Of a stretch of DNA of 60,424 bases, positions 44,216-54,663 are shown piece after piece (position 1 is the stretch's first letter; each line of letters begins with the position of its first letter). This DNA is from a virus (Duplodnaviria > Caudoviricetes), in the IMG/VR virus record IMGVR_UViG_3300030329_003758, positions 1 to 60,424 of that record; one strand, given 5' to 3'. The position numbers and the translations under genes were made by a program. The notes under the pieces were generated by a model. That model searched no databases. It was not told the DNA's origin and was given only the letters and a program-made list of their open reading frames with translations.

Positions 44216-46038
44216 TGTCTTTAGACTCTAAAACTCTGACTTCGATTATTGAAGCCCATGTAACTCGGGCTCAAAAAGAGCACCCTACTTGGGATAAGTG
44301 GCGTGCTTGGTATCGTTCAGAGTTTTGGGGGGATTACAGCTTCTCGAATGATGATGCTCTACTAGTAGAGAATAACTACCTCTACTCCTTCTGCGATACG
44401 ATGGTAGCTAGTGTCACTCCACCGAATCCAAGAGTGACGTGTGTATCTCGCCGTAATGATGATGAATCTCGTATGGCAGCCAAGTATAGAGAATCATTGG
44501 TAAATGATGTTCTTTATCGAGTGTCTGCTCATAATACGCTTTGGCAGATGGCTACTCATGCCTCTGTATATGGTCGATCCATTGTAAAGACTGTCTGGAA
44601 CTTCAATCGAAAGCGCCCTGACTTTATTGTGCTCGATCCACGCTATGTCTTCTTTGATATGAGTGCATCCCGGTGGGACGACATTCGTTACGTTATCGAA
44701 GTTACAACACTTACAAAGTCTGAATTCTATGCTCGCACTAAAACAAAACTCAAGGGCAAGAGCCGAAAGAAGCAGTACGATGGCGGTGTTGCTAAGCAAG
44801 CTCAGTTTGGGAGTTTTCCTGGTTGGTTGAAGGATAAAGAAGAAACTTCTACTGAGTTGAGTGAGAAGATTCGAGAAGTCTTTGAATGGGTTACTGTTTA
44901 TGAAGTCTATGACTTCACTAATGACCGTTACTACCACATGCTGGAAGGGATCGAAGACCCACTATTTATGGGCGATCTTCCTTACGTTTTTGTACGTAAT
45001 CCTTTTTCCATTCTCTCTTTCAATGACAATCTTGCTGACATTGGTGGATTGGCTGACAGCCAGCTAGTTGAGCGTCAGCAACGCCGTCTAAACGAACTAG
45101 ATACACTTGAGCTTCGGCATGCTCAGTCAAGTATTCCAGTTACGGTTGTTAATGAGGCTCTCTGCGATAATCCTGAAGATTTCATGGATCAGGTTGCGGA
45201 GGCTACAAGCCCTGGTGATGTTGTACGCCTTCATGGGAAGAACGCTGCTCCCCTAGGCGAGATCCTGGGCAATACGCCCACGTCATCATTGACTCCTGAT
45301 TTCAGTCAGATTCGAGATCGGATCGAGTCTTCAATCCAGTTTGTATTGGGTATTCCTGAATATGCCCGTGGTGTTGCTGGCTCTACTGAGGTAGCGACTG
45401 AGCTTGCTCTGGTTGACGCTGCTATGCGTACCCGACTGGGCCGACGTACTAAGCGTATTAATGATGTAATCGTCTCATTGGCTGAGGGGATTATTGGTCT
45501 ATATGAAGAGTATCTAGATTCAGCAGAAGAGATTCCAGTTCGCGTATCAGGAACTCAGAAGGCTGCAAAGGTTGCTCGGAAGCATTTGATTGCCCGTAGT
45601 CCTCAGATGGCTGAAGACATGAAAGCGAATGGGGAGCCGATTGAAGATCCTCTTGAGATCGATTTTGAGGTTGTCCCATATAGTCCCACTGAGAATAGTA
45701 AGACTGCTCAGGTCAAGAAGCTGACTCAATTCATGGAGATTCTGATTCAGAATCCACATATTGACCAGAGAAAGCTGACAACACATCTTCTAGAAGTCTT
45801 GGATATTCAGAACGATGTCATGGTTTCTGAAGAGGAGATGCAAGCTGCTCAGCAACAGCAGATTGATATGTCTCAGATGGAAGCCCAAGCTGGTCAAATG
45901 GCAGCACAAGACATGGGCCAAGATTCTATTGCAACAGGTGGAATGCCCGAAGGAGTCTCTGAGATTCCTGTAGGCGGCATGGGTGCAATGGCAGGTGGGG
46001 CTGGTTCTCCCACTCCAGAACCTAAGGGATTCGCATAA
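44215..46038 (+). CDS. Portal protein (P22-like podoviral type)
   Basis: 607 aa, located between terL and scaffold/capsid; YGRSIVKTVW, LDPRYVFFD, GIPEYARG...ATE, Gln/Met-rich C-terminus. Confidence 0.88.
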   Translation: MSLDSKTLTSIIEAHVTRAQKEHPTWDKWRAWYRSEFWGDYSFSNDDALLVENNYLYSFCDTMVASVTPPNPRVTCVSRRNDDESRMAAKYRESLVNDVLYRVSAHNTLWQMATHASVYGRSIVKTVWNFNRKRPDFIVLDPRYVFFDMSASRWDDIRYVIEVTTLTKSEFYARTKTKLKGKSRKKQYDGGVAKQAQFGSFPGWLKDKEETSTELSEKIREVFEWVTVYEVYDFTNDRYYHMLEGIEDPLFMGDLPYVFVRNPFSILSFNDNLADIGGLADSQLVERQQRRLNELDTLELRHAQSSIPVTVVNEALCDNPEDFMDQVAEATSPGDVVRLHGKNAAPLGEILGNTPTSSLTPDFSQIRDRIESSIQFVLGIPEYARGVAGSTEVATELALVDAAMRTRLGRRTKRINDVIVSLAEGIIGLYEEYLDSAEEIPVRVSGTQKAAKVARKHLIARSPQMAEDMKANGEPIEDPLEIDFEVVPYSPTENSKTAQVKKLTQFMEILIQNPHIDQRKLTTHLLEVLDIQNDVMVSEEEMQAAQQQQIDMSQMEAQAGQMAAQDMGQDSIATGGMPEGVSEIPVGGMGAMAGGAGSPTPEPKGFA

Positions 46039-46622
46039 TGGCACTCGCTATCGGTGCAGGTGTATCGGCTGCCTTGGCAGCTTTGAAAGCGGGTGCAGCA
46101 GCTGGAGGTGCGGCGGGCGCAGCAGGTGCGGCGGGTGCTGGCGGAGGGGGGTTGGCTGCAGGTCTTAAGACGGCTGGCTCTGCTATAAAAGCTGGGGCAA
46201 AAGCTGCGAAGATAGCAAAAGGGGTGAATAAGGCTGCCCGTGCTGCCAAAATAGCAAAGGCTGCTCCTAAGGTAACTACTCGACTTCAGGCTGCTCAGTC
46301 CGCCCTACAAAATCAAGGGCTTCGTACAAAGGTAGGAGACTGGAGCCAAAAGGCTGTTGAGGCTGCTCCTGAAGGCCTCCAAGAAAAGATTTCGGGAACC
46401 CAAAATAGAATTCAGAAAGCTAAAGATTGGCGAGATAAGACTTTCTGGGATTTTGAGGGTGGGGATGCAGCCCGAGAGAAGTTCCAAAAACGTGCCATTG
46501 GAAACATCCAAGATCAGCTTCAACAAGCATCTGAACCAGCTGCGGCTCCTTCAAGTGAGCCTACTATGGATCAATATGGCCAAGATGTAGCTGACCTTAG
46601 GCGTATGCAGCGAGGATATTAA
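46038..46622 (+). CDS. Ala/Gly-rich protein (194 aa), pilot/ejection-like
   Basis: Hydrophobic Ala/Gly N-terminus, then KA-rich repeats; TAATG-coupled on both sides. Confidence 0.7.
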   Translation: MALAIGAGVSAALAALKAGAAAGGAAGAAGAAGAGGGGLAAGLKTAGSAIKAGAKAAKIAKGVNKAARAAKIAKAAPKVTTRLQAAQSALQNQGLRTKVGDWSQKAVEAAPEGLQEKISGTQNRIQKAKDWRDKTFWDFEGGDAAREKFQKRAIGNIQDQLQQASEPAAAPSSEPTMDQYGQDVADLRRMQRGY

Positions 46623-47008
46623 TGCCAATTTACGATCAGAATTGCCCGAAGTGTGGTGTGCATGAAGTTTTCTGTCGTAAGGAAGAACGCCATAACTGCC
46701 GTAAGTGTGGCGAGCCCTGCTCTAGAATTCCAGGCGTAATGCATGCTCAAGGCATCATTTGGGATAATGCTGAAACCAATAAGCAACTTGGGGTCACTTG
46801 GCATACCAATGAGGAGAAGCGTCAGTGGATGAAGAGACATCCCAATGCTATTCCCATGGAAAAAGGCAGTAAGGAAGACCGAGATTTTAAGCAGGCAATC
46901 CGTACTCGGGAAGATCGAGTACTTAAGAATGCTGGCTTCAATGATGTTGAGGACTTTAAGCGTGAAGCTAAGAAGAAAAAGTCTCTTGACATAAATGCAG
47001 CTAAGTAG
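46622..47008 (+). CDS. FmdB-like zinc-ribbon protein
   Basis: MPIYDQNCPKCG...CRKCG...RI. Confidence 0.85.
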   Translation: MPIYDQNCPKCGVHEVFCRKEERHNCRKCGEPCSRIPGVMHAQGIIWDNAETNKQLGVTWHTNEEKRQWMKRHPNAIPMEKGSKEDRDFKQAIRTREDRVLKNAGFNDVEDFKREAKKKKSLDINAAK

Positions 47009-47040
47009 GTAAAAATACTTGCGTAGGGGATTATATTATA

Positions 47041-47289
47041 ATGGCTGAAGACGCTTTGCTTTCTCGACTCGGTTCTGTCTTGGACCGTTTTGGTCGAGTT
47101 CCAAGCCCGGTTGAGGCGCAGATGCAAGAAGCTCAGCCAGAGCCTCCTGTTCCGCCAGAAACTCCTGAAGCAGTGCCTCAGGGCGCTCTCGATAAGATGG
47201 GAGGATCTGAAATGCCCCAGCGCTCCATAGATACTCTAGATGCTGCCCGCGCTGCTCTAGAGAATTATAGAAATCGTAGAGGTGTATAG
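47041..47289 (+). CDS. Hypothetical protein (82 aa)
   Basis: In operon; TAGTG overlap with the next gene. Confidence 0.7.
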   Translation: MAEDALLSRLGSVLDRFGRVPSPVEAQMQEAQPEPPVPPETPEAVPQGALDKMGGSEMPQRSIDTLDAARAALENYRNRRGV

Positions 47290-47702
47290 TGCCGGGATCA
47301 TATAGTGATTATTTGGCAGATCCGGCTACGGATGAAGCAGAAGGCCTCTTGAACGATCTGATCGCTCAAGATGCAAGTGGCCTTGAAATCATTAAAGCAT
47401 TGGAAACTGCAGGCCTTCGTATTTACAATACAGCTGATATTGAAGAGTATGAAGAAGAGCCGGAAACAGGAGAGATGGGAATGGAACCCTCTCCAGCGAT
47501 GGCTGAAGAGGTTGAAGAAGAGGAAGAGGGGGATGAATATGAAGGCGGACCAATGTATGATGAAGAGCTTGCTGACTCTGGTCCTGGCCCCTCCATGGTT
47601 GGAGGTGATGAAAATGGGAATCGTGCTTTGATTATTGAAGCTGTTCGGTTCGGCATGGATGAAGATAAGAAAAGGAAGTCTAAGTCTGGTAAGTCTGAAT
47701 AG
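47289..47702 (+). CDS. Acidic hypothetical protein (137 aa)
   Basis: GAGGTG RBS, GTG start; Glu-rich with a basic tail. Confidence 0.75.
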   Translation: MPGSYSDYLADPATDEAEGLLNDLIAQDASGLEIIKALETAGLRIYNTADIEEYEEEPETGEMGMEPSPAMAEEVEEEEEGDEYEGGPMYDEELADSGPGPSMVGGDENGNRALIIEAVRFGMDEDKKRKSKSGKSE

Positions 47703-47723
47703 TCTGTTACATTTGGAATTGAT

Positions 47724-48677
47724 ATGAGTGAAGTTTCGACCAGCCCCACCGCTTCCGCCGCTCCCGCAGCGGAATCCTCTGCTCCCACATCTGCTGGAGT
47801 AGATGGTCCCGCTGCGGTGACCGGAACAGATTCGGTGGTGGAGTCACCCGCGCCATCAGGGGAACTGACGGCATCGACTGAAACACTTGCAGAGCCAATT
47901 TCTGCAGAAACACCGGAGGTGATGAGTAGCGCCGAGGAGCCTACATCCGCATTCAATCTTGATTCCTGGGATGGAAATATTGATGCACTACCTGAAAATC
48001 TTCGTGGCCCCATCCAATACCTACACCGCCAACTAGAAGGTGGTTACACCAAAAAGTTCCAAGAGCTAGCTGCTGAAAAAGAACAATTTGAGCGTGATCG
48101 AACTTCTTGGAAGGCGACGAAAGACAGTAGATCAGAAGAATCTAATTTTCTTCAATCTCTGATGTCAGATGAGGAAGATCCACGAATTGCTGAGATGACA
48201 GGCCAACTTGAAGAGTACAAGTCCAAAATGGAAGCTCTTCAAAGCGAGTACGATGGGTACAAAGAGACAGTAGATGCTGATCTCAATGAACAGGCTGAAA
48301 TCTATGCACAACAATTTCGGGATAAGAATGCCGATATTTTCGACAGCGAAGAGAAGAGAACTCAACTGTCTCGCCTCCTTAGCGATGGTTGGGATCCTGA
48401 AAGCGGTGTAAAGCTCGTTGGACAAAGCGAAGAAGTATTGTCCCTGGCAACAGATCTACTACAGAAGGGAACTCCACCAGCTATTGCTGTCGAGCATGCC
48501 CTCCTAAGTTTGAATGCCCAGGCCCGAACTCCTCGCCCTGCTGCTCGTCTGATCTCTGGTGCGGAAAGCCGAAATAATCCCGAGAGTGTTAGTCAAGAAT
48601 CGTTCGCAAATAATGACCCAAGAGAGGCTCGTTTTGCTGCTGCTCGCGCTGCTATGCAGTGGAAGCAACAGCAATAG
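47724..48677 (+). CDS. Capsid scaffolding protein
   Basis: Disordered N-terminus, LPE...GYTKKFQELA motif, acidic coiled coil; immediately upstream of the capsid gene. Confidence 0.82.
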   Translation: MSEVSTSPTASAAPAAESSAPTSAGVDGPAAVTGTDSVVESPAPSGELTASTETLAEPISAETPEVMSSAEEPTSAFNLDSWDGNIDALPENLRGPIQYLHRQLEGGYTKKFQELAAEKEQFERDRTSWKATKDSRSEESNFLQSLMSDEEDPRIAEMTGQLEEYKSKMEALQSEYDGYKETVDADLNEQAEIYAQQFRDKNADIFDSEEKRTQLSRLLSDGWDPESGVKLVGQSEEVLSLATDLLQKGTPPAIAVEHALLSLNAQARTPRPAARLISGAESRNNPESVSQESFANNDPREARFAAARAAMQWKQQQ

Positions 48678-48709
48678 AGTTAATCTTATGACTCCACAAG
48701 GTTAAAGCA

Positions 48710-49783
48710 ATGGCTACTAATGCTGATGTACTAAACTTTGCCACTCAGAAGCTCATTCCCAAGTGGACTGAGCAGTTCTACCAGCACCACCCGGTTCTGG
48801 AGAAAGTAATCCTGAAGGGCAATATCGAGCGTTCCACCCAAGGTGGTCCGTATATTGAATTCCCGATTGTATCGAACGGTCCTGGAGCCGTCACTCGGAT
48901 CGAAAATGGATCCGAGGTCTACTCCTCGACTCGCCGTACTGTCGGTTCTCGTGGACAGATCTACTGTCCTCGGATGATCTATTCTTTTGTCATCCCTGGA
49001 AAGGATCTGGCCGAAGCCTCTGGTGAGACTGCAATCGCACGTCTGATCAAGGTCTATCCCGAAGCTGCGCTCATGGAATTCCATGAGTATATCGTCAGCC
49101 AATTCGTCAACGGTGATGGTGCTACCAACAACGTGCAGGGCTTCTGTACGCTGAATGGTGATACTACCTTCAACCCTCAGGGCAATGCGGTCCAGGGTGC
49201 GCTTGATCTTCGGACGGTTGCTAATCAGCTAACTCGTACTACATTTAATATTACGAAGACTGCGGCCAATGGCTGGCACAACCAGTATCAGAATGTCACT
49301 AGCTTTGCGACTGATGGTCGCTCTCAGATGCGTCGTGCATATTGGGATGCTTCTCTTCAGGGCAAGCAAGGTGGTCCGGTTGACGTAATGTTGGGCGACA
49401 TGGTTTCGTTCAACAACTACTACGACGATCTGGATGATCAGGTTCGCTACCAGATCAAGTTCGACGGTGAGAAGGGACGAGGCGTTCGCCAGGGACTTAT
49501 GTTCCAGGAAGCCGAGTTCTACGTCGAGCCCGAGCTTGATTACACACTGGCCCAGTTCTCTTCGAATCCGGTCGGCGTGATCTACATGCTCAAGGCTGAT
49601 ACTTGGCATCTGTATAACCAGGGCGAGAACTCCAGCATGGAAACGAAGGGCGACTTCGCCTTCCGTGGTCCTGTCAAGGTTCCTGGTCAGGACGCATGGG
49701 AATGGGAAATCGTTCTCTCGATGCAGATGTACTGTGATCGCCTCAACGCTAACGCTGTCGTCACCGGCACAGCTAACCCGTAA
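48710..49783 (+). CDS. Major capsid protein
   Basis: 357 aa after the scaffold; GGPYIEFPI, C-terminal IVLSMQMYCDRLNANAVVT; strongly biased codon usage. Confidence 0.88.
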   Translation: MATNADVLNFATQKLIPKWTEQFYQHHPVLEKVILKGNIERSTQGGPYIEFPIVSNGPGAVTRIENGSEVYSSTRRTVGSRGQIYCPRMIYSFVIPGKDLAEASGETAIARLIKVYPEAALMEFHEYIVSQFVNGDGATNNVQGFCTLNGDTTFNPQGNAVQGALDLRTVANQLTRTTFNITKTAANGWHNQYQNVTSFATDGRSQMRRAYWDASLQGKQGGPVDVMLGDMVSFNNYYDDLDDQVRYQIKFDGEKGRGVRQGLMFQEAEFYVEPELDYTLAQFSSNPVGVIYMLKADTWHLYNQGENSSMETKGDFAFRGPVKVPGQDAWEWEIVLSMQMYCDRLNANAVVTGTANP

Positions 49784-49795
49784 AGGAAGGGAATC

Positions 49796-50323
49796 ATGTC
49801 TAGTACACGTACTATGGGAATTAACGTCACTGACGTTCATATTGCCTACTCTGCAACTGATGCTACTTCAGGTCCACAGCTTCCGCTTGGATTCGAGTAC
49901 CATGAGCCTGCTGATGGCACCAATGACTATGGTGAGCGGGTTTGGGTCTATATCGAAGCTGGTGGAGATCTCGCAAAGGGCGAGATCGTAATGCGTGCAA
50001 ACGGGGCCACTACGGCTAAGGGTGTTGTCACTACTGGTGCTACAATTCCAGCCATCCGTTGCCTTGGTGTTGCTCAACACACAATCGCTTCTGGCTCTTT
50101 TGGGTTCATTCTCAAGAGGGGTATGGGGGAGGTTGCTGTTCACGATACAGGAGAGGACCAAGCTAATGCTGCCTTGGTTACTCAAGCGTTGGGTCGAGCA
50201 GATGTGTTTGCTGACGGGTCAGAAGAATGTATTATTGCATTCTCTACTGAGAACCAGGACAAGGGCTCTGGGTCTGCTGCTGCTGGGCAGTTCTGCACCT
50301 CTATGATCAACTGTCCCGGATAG
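49796..50323 (+). CDS. Capsid decoration / cement protein
   Basis: Directly after the major capsid gene; PLG, WVYIEA, GVAQHTIASGSFGFILKRG pattern. Confidence 0.75.
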   Translation: MSSTRTMGINVTDVHIAYSATDATSGPQLPLGFEYHEPADGTNDYGERVWVYIEAGGDLAKGEIVMRANGATTAKGVVTTGATIPAIRCLGVAQHTIASGSFGFILKRGMGEVAVHDTGEDQANAALVTQALGRADVFADGSEECIIAFSTENQDKGSGSAAAGQFCTSMINCPG

Positions 50324-50326
50324 TAA

Positions 50327-51880
50327 ATGAACAAGGGTGAAATCCGCACCCGAATTCTTGAACAGGTGGACTGGTCCCCGGATCAGTCCACCGCGTTCAA
50401 GGATAAGGTTGATCGTCTGATCAATCGGGCCTACCAAGTTATGAGCTTGGAGGCCCCATTTACCTTTTTTGATGATGAAACTAAGATCATCACGCAAGCT
50501 GATTTTAGCAGTGATGGTACTGCAGCTGATGTTCTTCGCGTCATTCCTACGGATACGAATGTTCTAGAACGTCGATACTTGGCCTCAACTAGTCCACTTC
50601 CTCCAGCTTGGACTGATGGTCATAATGACAGCACGACTTCTACAGGTCGTTGGGATGGTCGAACTATTGAAGTAACGGATGGTACGATGACTTATCGTCG
50701 TAAGATCCGTGAGGTTTGGCGCACGACTTCTACAGATCTTGGCGCGGCTACGATCCATGATCGTCTATCCTTGGATATTCCCTGGCGGAATACGACATCA
50801 GACGACATGACATACCGGATCTATACGCCTGAGTATGGTATTCCTGCTGATGTTGTCGATCTTCGATCTGCTCGGGTTTATGCTGATACACACTACCCAC
50901 TTGCGATTAAAAATCAGTATTTTATGGAGCGCCATGAATATACTGACTACCAGGGCGATCAACTAGGCCGCCCTGAGACGATTTTCAGGGGTAGGCATTT
51001 TCAGATTGATGCTCCAACTGAGCCTCCGCAGATTATTGAGGTCGAACATAAAACTGGAGGTTGGACTGGTCCAGATCCGATTGGCTCTTGGGATTTCTGC
51101 TATACATGGTGTTGGGGCTATCTAGATGATGATCTTCGAACAGGTCGAGATCATCAGACACCACGATGGGAAAGTGCCCCATCCCCAATCTCCGAGATTG
51201 TTACTCACTCAGGCAATCCATACCATCGATATCGGATCTCTGTTCCTAATATCGACCATATGACGAATTATTGGAAGCAGGTACAGGATGATGGAACTGT
51301 TATTGAACCTGCTAGTTCTGGTCGTTCCGGGTTGTATGCTCGAATTTATATTCGTCGTCATTCAACTGCAGAGTTGCCCAGTGTTGGGGCAAAGGGTCTG
51401 ACAGAAACGAATATTGAAAAGACTCCAAAGATCTTCTATCTTCTCGATGTAGCCCATCTCGATACAAGCACTCAGTTTATAAGTGCGTTCTATCGAGGTG
51501 ACCGTCCTGATTATTATGTTCGATTGAAGGAGACTCATGGATACCAAACAGTCCGATTTTGGCCAATGCCGGATGACCGCTACGAGATTGATCTACGAGT
51601 CCTTCGTCGGCCTCAGCCTCTTGTGCATGATCACGATGCACCTCGTATTCATGAGGAAGCGGTCGATGCACTCATTGAACGAGTTCTAGTTCTTTTCTAT
51701 GAAATGCAAGGTATTGAGCAGAGCGCTGAGCTAGCTTCTATGCGGTATCAAGCCTTGCTACAGACACTCACTAAAAGATATGGGAATATAAGCGGCATGC
51801 GGGTCCAGAAACGGGCAGCCCGTGTTGGCAAGCGACCTCGTGAGACACGAGTTGTTCCCTTCGATATTTATGATCCCTGA
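50327..51880 (+). CDS. Head-tail adaptor with large insertions (517 aa)
   Basis: N-terminal MNKGEIRTRI...LINRAYQ and C-terminal FWPMPDDRY...P.I...DALI...A...YQ are typical of podoviral adaptors. Confidence 0.72.
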   Translation: MNKGEIRTRILEQVDWSPDQSTAFKDKVDRLINRAYQVMSLEAPFTFFDDETKIITQADFSSDGTAADVLRVIPTDTNVLERRYLASTSPLPPAWTDGHNDSTTSTGRWDGRTIEVTDGTMTYRRKIREVWRTTSTDLGAATIHDRLSLDIPWRNTTSDDMTYRIYTPEYGIPADVVDLRSARVYADTHYPLAIKNQYFMERHEYTDYQGDQLGRPETIFRGRHFQIDAPTEPPQIIEVEHKTGGWTGPDPIGSWDFCYTWCWGYLDDDLRTGRDHQTPRWESAPSPISEIVTHSGNPYHRYRISVPNIDHMTNYWKQVQDDGTVIEPASSGRSGLYARIYIRRHSTAELPSVGAKGLTETNIEKTPKIFYLLDVAHLDTSTQFISAFYRGDRPDYYVRLKETHGYQTVRFWPMPDDRYEIDLRVLRRPQPLVHDHDAPRIHEEAVDALIERVLVLFYEMQGIEQSAELASMRYQALLQTLTKRYGNISGMRVQKRAARVGKRPRETRVVPFDIYDP

Positions 51881-51894
51881 TTGGAGATAAGATT

Positions 51895-52329
51895 ATGAAG
51901 CCCACTCGTCCGATGACTGATCGAGTTCGACATCCTGCACCTGATCCTAGTGTTCTCTACTATACGAAGAAGCGAGAAGATGGCCGAGAAGAGATCGCCA
52001 CCCTTCAAGATCTTACCATCTTTGAGAAAGACGATGCCTGGAGAGGAAGGTTTCTCGTTCCAGGTATGGCTCCTATCGTCGTGGACCAGCACCACAATGA
52101 CTTGTCGGAATGGCAGCCAGTCTTTGCAGTTACTAAAGAAGACCTTGCTGGGATCATCGAAACCGTCGCACAAAGAGTAGTTGAGCTTCTTGCAGCTCAG
52201 TCTTCTACCCCTACTGATATTGTCACGGCAGGCATGGAAGTAGTAGAATCTGAAACAGTCGAAGAGGCCGTTGAGAAGGCTGTTGAAACTACTTCCCCTA
52301 AGAGGAAGAAGAACTCAATTAAGTCGTAA
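51895..52329 (+). CDS. Hypothetical protein (144 aa)
   Basis: GGAG RBS; in the structural operon. Confidence 0.75.
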   Translation: MKPTRPMTDRVRHPAPDPSVLYYTKKREDGREEIATLQDLTIFEKDDAWRGRFLVPGMAPIVVDQHHNDLSEWQPVFAVTKEDLAGIIETVAQRVVELLAAQSSTPTDIVTAGMEVVESETVEEAVEKAVETTSPKRKKNSIKS

Positions 52330-52350
52330 TCGCCTGGAACGGAGAATGGT

Positions 52351-54663
52351 GTGCCCAATCCAAGCGCGAGGATTACGTCAGAACCTCTTCTACTTCGGAA
52401 TGAATCAGGACGCCTGATCCTCCCTGAAGAGATTGCGGAGAAGATTCATAACTTTGAGCTGACGGAAGAGAATACACTGATCACAATTCGTGGTCCGTGC
52501 CCGCTCATCCCCAAAAACTCAAAGGGTGCATATCCGCCTATTTATGCTGATAATATGCCTGGGATTTACCATTCGACTCTAAAGAATGGAACCCGAGAGC
52601 TACTTCTCGTACATAGTGGTACTTCTATCCATGTCTTTGAGGGCTGGAATGCAGAGTCATCAACTTCTGCAGGATGGTCTACTCTTATTGGACCGGCGAG
52701 TACAAACCCGCTCGTGGAGATGGATCTCCCTCATTACGAGGTGAGCTTCCCAACTCAGTTTGAGACTACTCCTCTTGGTGTTGTGATTGTTCCTCAGAGT
52801 GAAACCCGAGCGGTTTTCTATGATGGTTACTGCGCTGCCCCTCTGGGATATGAAGTATCTCCTACACCACCCCACGGGCATGGACCTGCCTCTCTTCCCT
52901 CAGGCGCTGATACGAAGATCCTCTCAACTGCGAATGACGAGGGATATTGTGTCGATGCTTCAGGTAAGACAGGGGGTGATCGATTTATTCTGGTCGACGA
53001 GATGGGCAAAGGCCGATTGGGCCATACAGAGAGTGTGTCGGCAACTTCGAATGATGGGAGTACTACGACAGAATACTTTGGGCAGTTGCTTCCAGGAACA
53101 TACCAAGGGGCTGTTCAATGGATTGATCGGTGGGGCAACTTTTCAGCCCTCTCTGGTCGATCTAACGAGATCCGATTCGAGGCAGAACGTACAAATGCGA
53201 AGGGCGATACACCAGATCGTCTGATGAAGCAGGTCATGTGGACAGGGATCGATCCTGGCCCAACTAGGACAGTCGGTCGAATTCTATGCCGAACTAGAGA
53301 TGTACTTCATGATGGAGATACAAAGCTGTACATCATGCCCGGTAATGTGGGGGCGGGTGTTTTTGGGGCATTTGCTACACTGCCAGACAATGTATCGACA
53401 CGGATGATGGATAATATTCCAGATGCTTGGCTAATTGCACCTCCTTTGGAGGTTATGCCAGTTCCAATCTTTAAGTTGTGTAGGTTGGCTTTTGGGCGTT
53501 TGTGGATTGCCAATTCGCCTGGGGATCCTGGTCTTGTAGTTCCATCATTGCCCGGTAGGTATGGGACTTTTCTCCATGATACGCAGATCTACCCAGATCC
53601 AAGCGGTGGTGAAATCACAGGTCTTTGGTCTACTGACTCGGGACTACTGGCTTTTACGGCGACGACTACTTTCATCATCACGCCTAACTCCGATGGAGAT
53701 GGCTGGGTTGTTCAACCTCTCCATCGGAGCGTTGGCTGCGTTGCTCCGTCTTCTTTGGCTACTCTTGATGACGGTCGCGTCGTATGGTTGGGTCGTGAGG
53801 GTTTTTATCAGTTTGGTCCCGAGGGGATTGAGTTTATCGGCATCGATATTCTTCCTTCTACTCGAAGAATTAATCGGGTTCGAGCCAAGCAATCTGTAGC
53901 TACTTATGCGCCTAAGAGTAAGGAATACCGCTGTTGGGTTCCCATGGATGCTTCAAAGGACAATAGTCTTTGTTTTATCTACGATGGAGCTGGTTGGCGG
54001 CAGAGAAAAAGAACACCAGTCCAGGCAGTCTGTACTACACAAGATCATAGGCAGTATGTATTGGCCACAGGAAGGCAACGTACTCCCGGTGAGGCTATTC
54101 CAGTTTATGAAGTAGGTAAACAAGGTCAGGCTCAGCAGGTTGGAGTCGAGTATCCGGGAGATATCGGAGTTTGGGTATTGGATCGAGAGGTCCAATCTTT
54201 TCAGCCTCTTATCGTTGACTCTGAGACGGAAACGGATCGAACATATCGATCTGTTATAGAGACTTCCTGGATCACATGGACTACATCGCAGAACCGAAAG
54301 ACTCTAAAGACTCTCTATTTTAATTTTAGGGAGACTCGAAAAGGTACGGCTACGATCAAGATCTACCGAGATTGGAGAATGACTGATCCAATCTACACAG
54401 ACACGACTAAAGCAACTCTCTATACTCCTGAGGATATCCCTCCTTTGTGGGGAGAGTATTCTTGGGATAGCTCAAAAGAGCCGAATAAGTATTCTAGAAG
54501 GCGTCCTTATTGGAAGCGTGTAGACGTAGATGTCCCTAGCTGCGAAGTCTATAAGATTGTGATCGATGTCTTCACTGAGAGTTCAGATGACCGCTGTGAA
54601 TTTATTGGTATGATGATTGACGAAGAACCCAAGCTGGGTGGGTTCGGAACTCGGGTGCCCTAA
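52351..54663 (+). CDS. Tail nozzle / stabilisation protein (P22 gp10 / tail tubular B-like beta-propeller)
   Basis: 770 aa; FGRLWIA, GEITGL...LLAFT, SVGCVAPSS...VVWLGREGFY blade-like motifs. Confidence 0.8.
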   Translation: MPNPSARITSEPLLLRNESGRLILPEEIAEKIHNFELTEENTLITIRGPCPLIPKNSKGAYPPIYADNMPGIYHSTLKNGTRELLLVHSGTSIHVFEGWNAESSTSAGWSTLIGPASTNPLVEMDLPHYEVSFPTQFETTPLGVVIVPQSETRAVFYDGYCAAPLGYEVSPTPPHGHGPASLPSGADTKILSTANDEGYCVDASGKTGGDRFILVDEMGKGRLGHTESVSATSNDGSTTTEYFGQLLPGTYQGAVQWIDRWGNFSALSGRSNEIRFEAERTNAKGDTPDRLMKQVMWTGIDPGPTRTVGRILCRTRDVLHDGDTKLYIMPGNVGAGVFGAFATLPDNVSTRMMDNIPDAWLIAPPLEVMPVPIFKLCRLAFGRLWIANSPGDPGLVVPSLPGRYGTFLHDTQIYPDPSGGEITGLWSTDSGLLAFTATTTFIITPNSDGDGWVVQPLHRSVGCVAPSSLATLDDGRVVWLGREGFYQFGPEGIEFIGIDILPSTRRINRVRAKQSVATYAPKSKEYRCWVPMDASKDNSLCFIYDGAGWRQRKRTPVQAVCTTQDHRQYVLATGRQRTPGEAIPVYEVGKQGQAQQVGVEYPGDIGVWVLDREVQSFQPLIVDSETETDRTYRSVIETSWITWTTSQNRKTLKTLYFNFRETRKGTATIKIYRDWRMTDPIYTDTTKATLYTPEDIPPLWGEYSWDSSKEPNKYSRRRPYWKRVDVDVPSCEVYKIVIDVFTESSDDRCEFIGMMIDEEPKLGGFGTRVP

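Noticed and set aside
46986-47016. Promoter TTGACA-18-TAAAAA upstream of the scaffold/capsid genes
   Set aside because: The -35 is perfect but lies in coding sequence, and the -10 lacks the final T; too weak to list as a feature.
47423-48013. Long antisense ORFs over structural genes (for example 40606-41193, 47423-48013, 49229-49840)
   Set aside because: Expected by-products of biased codon usage on the coding strand; no motifs or start signals.
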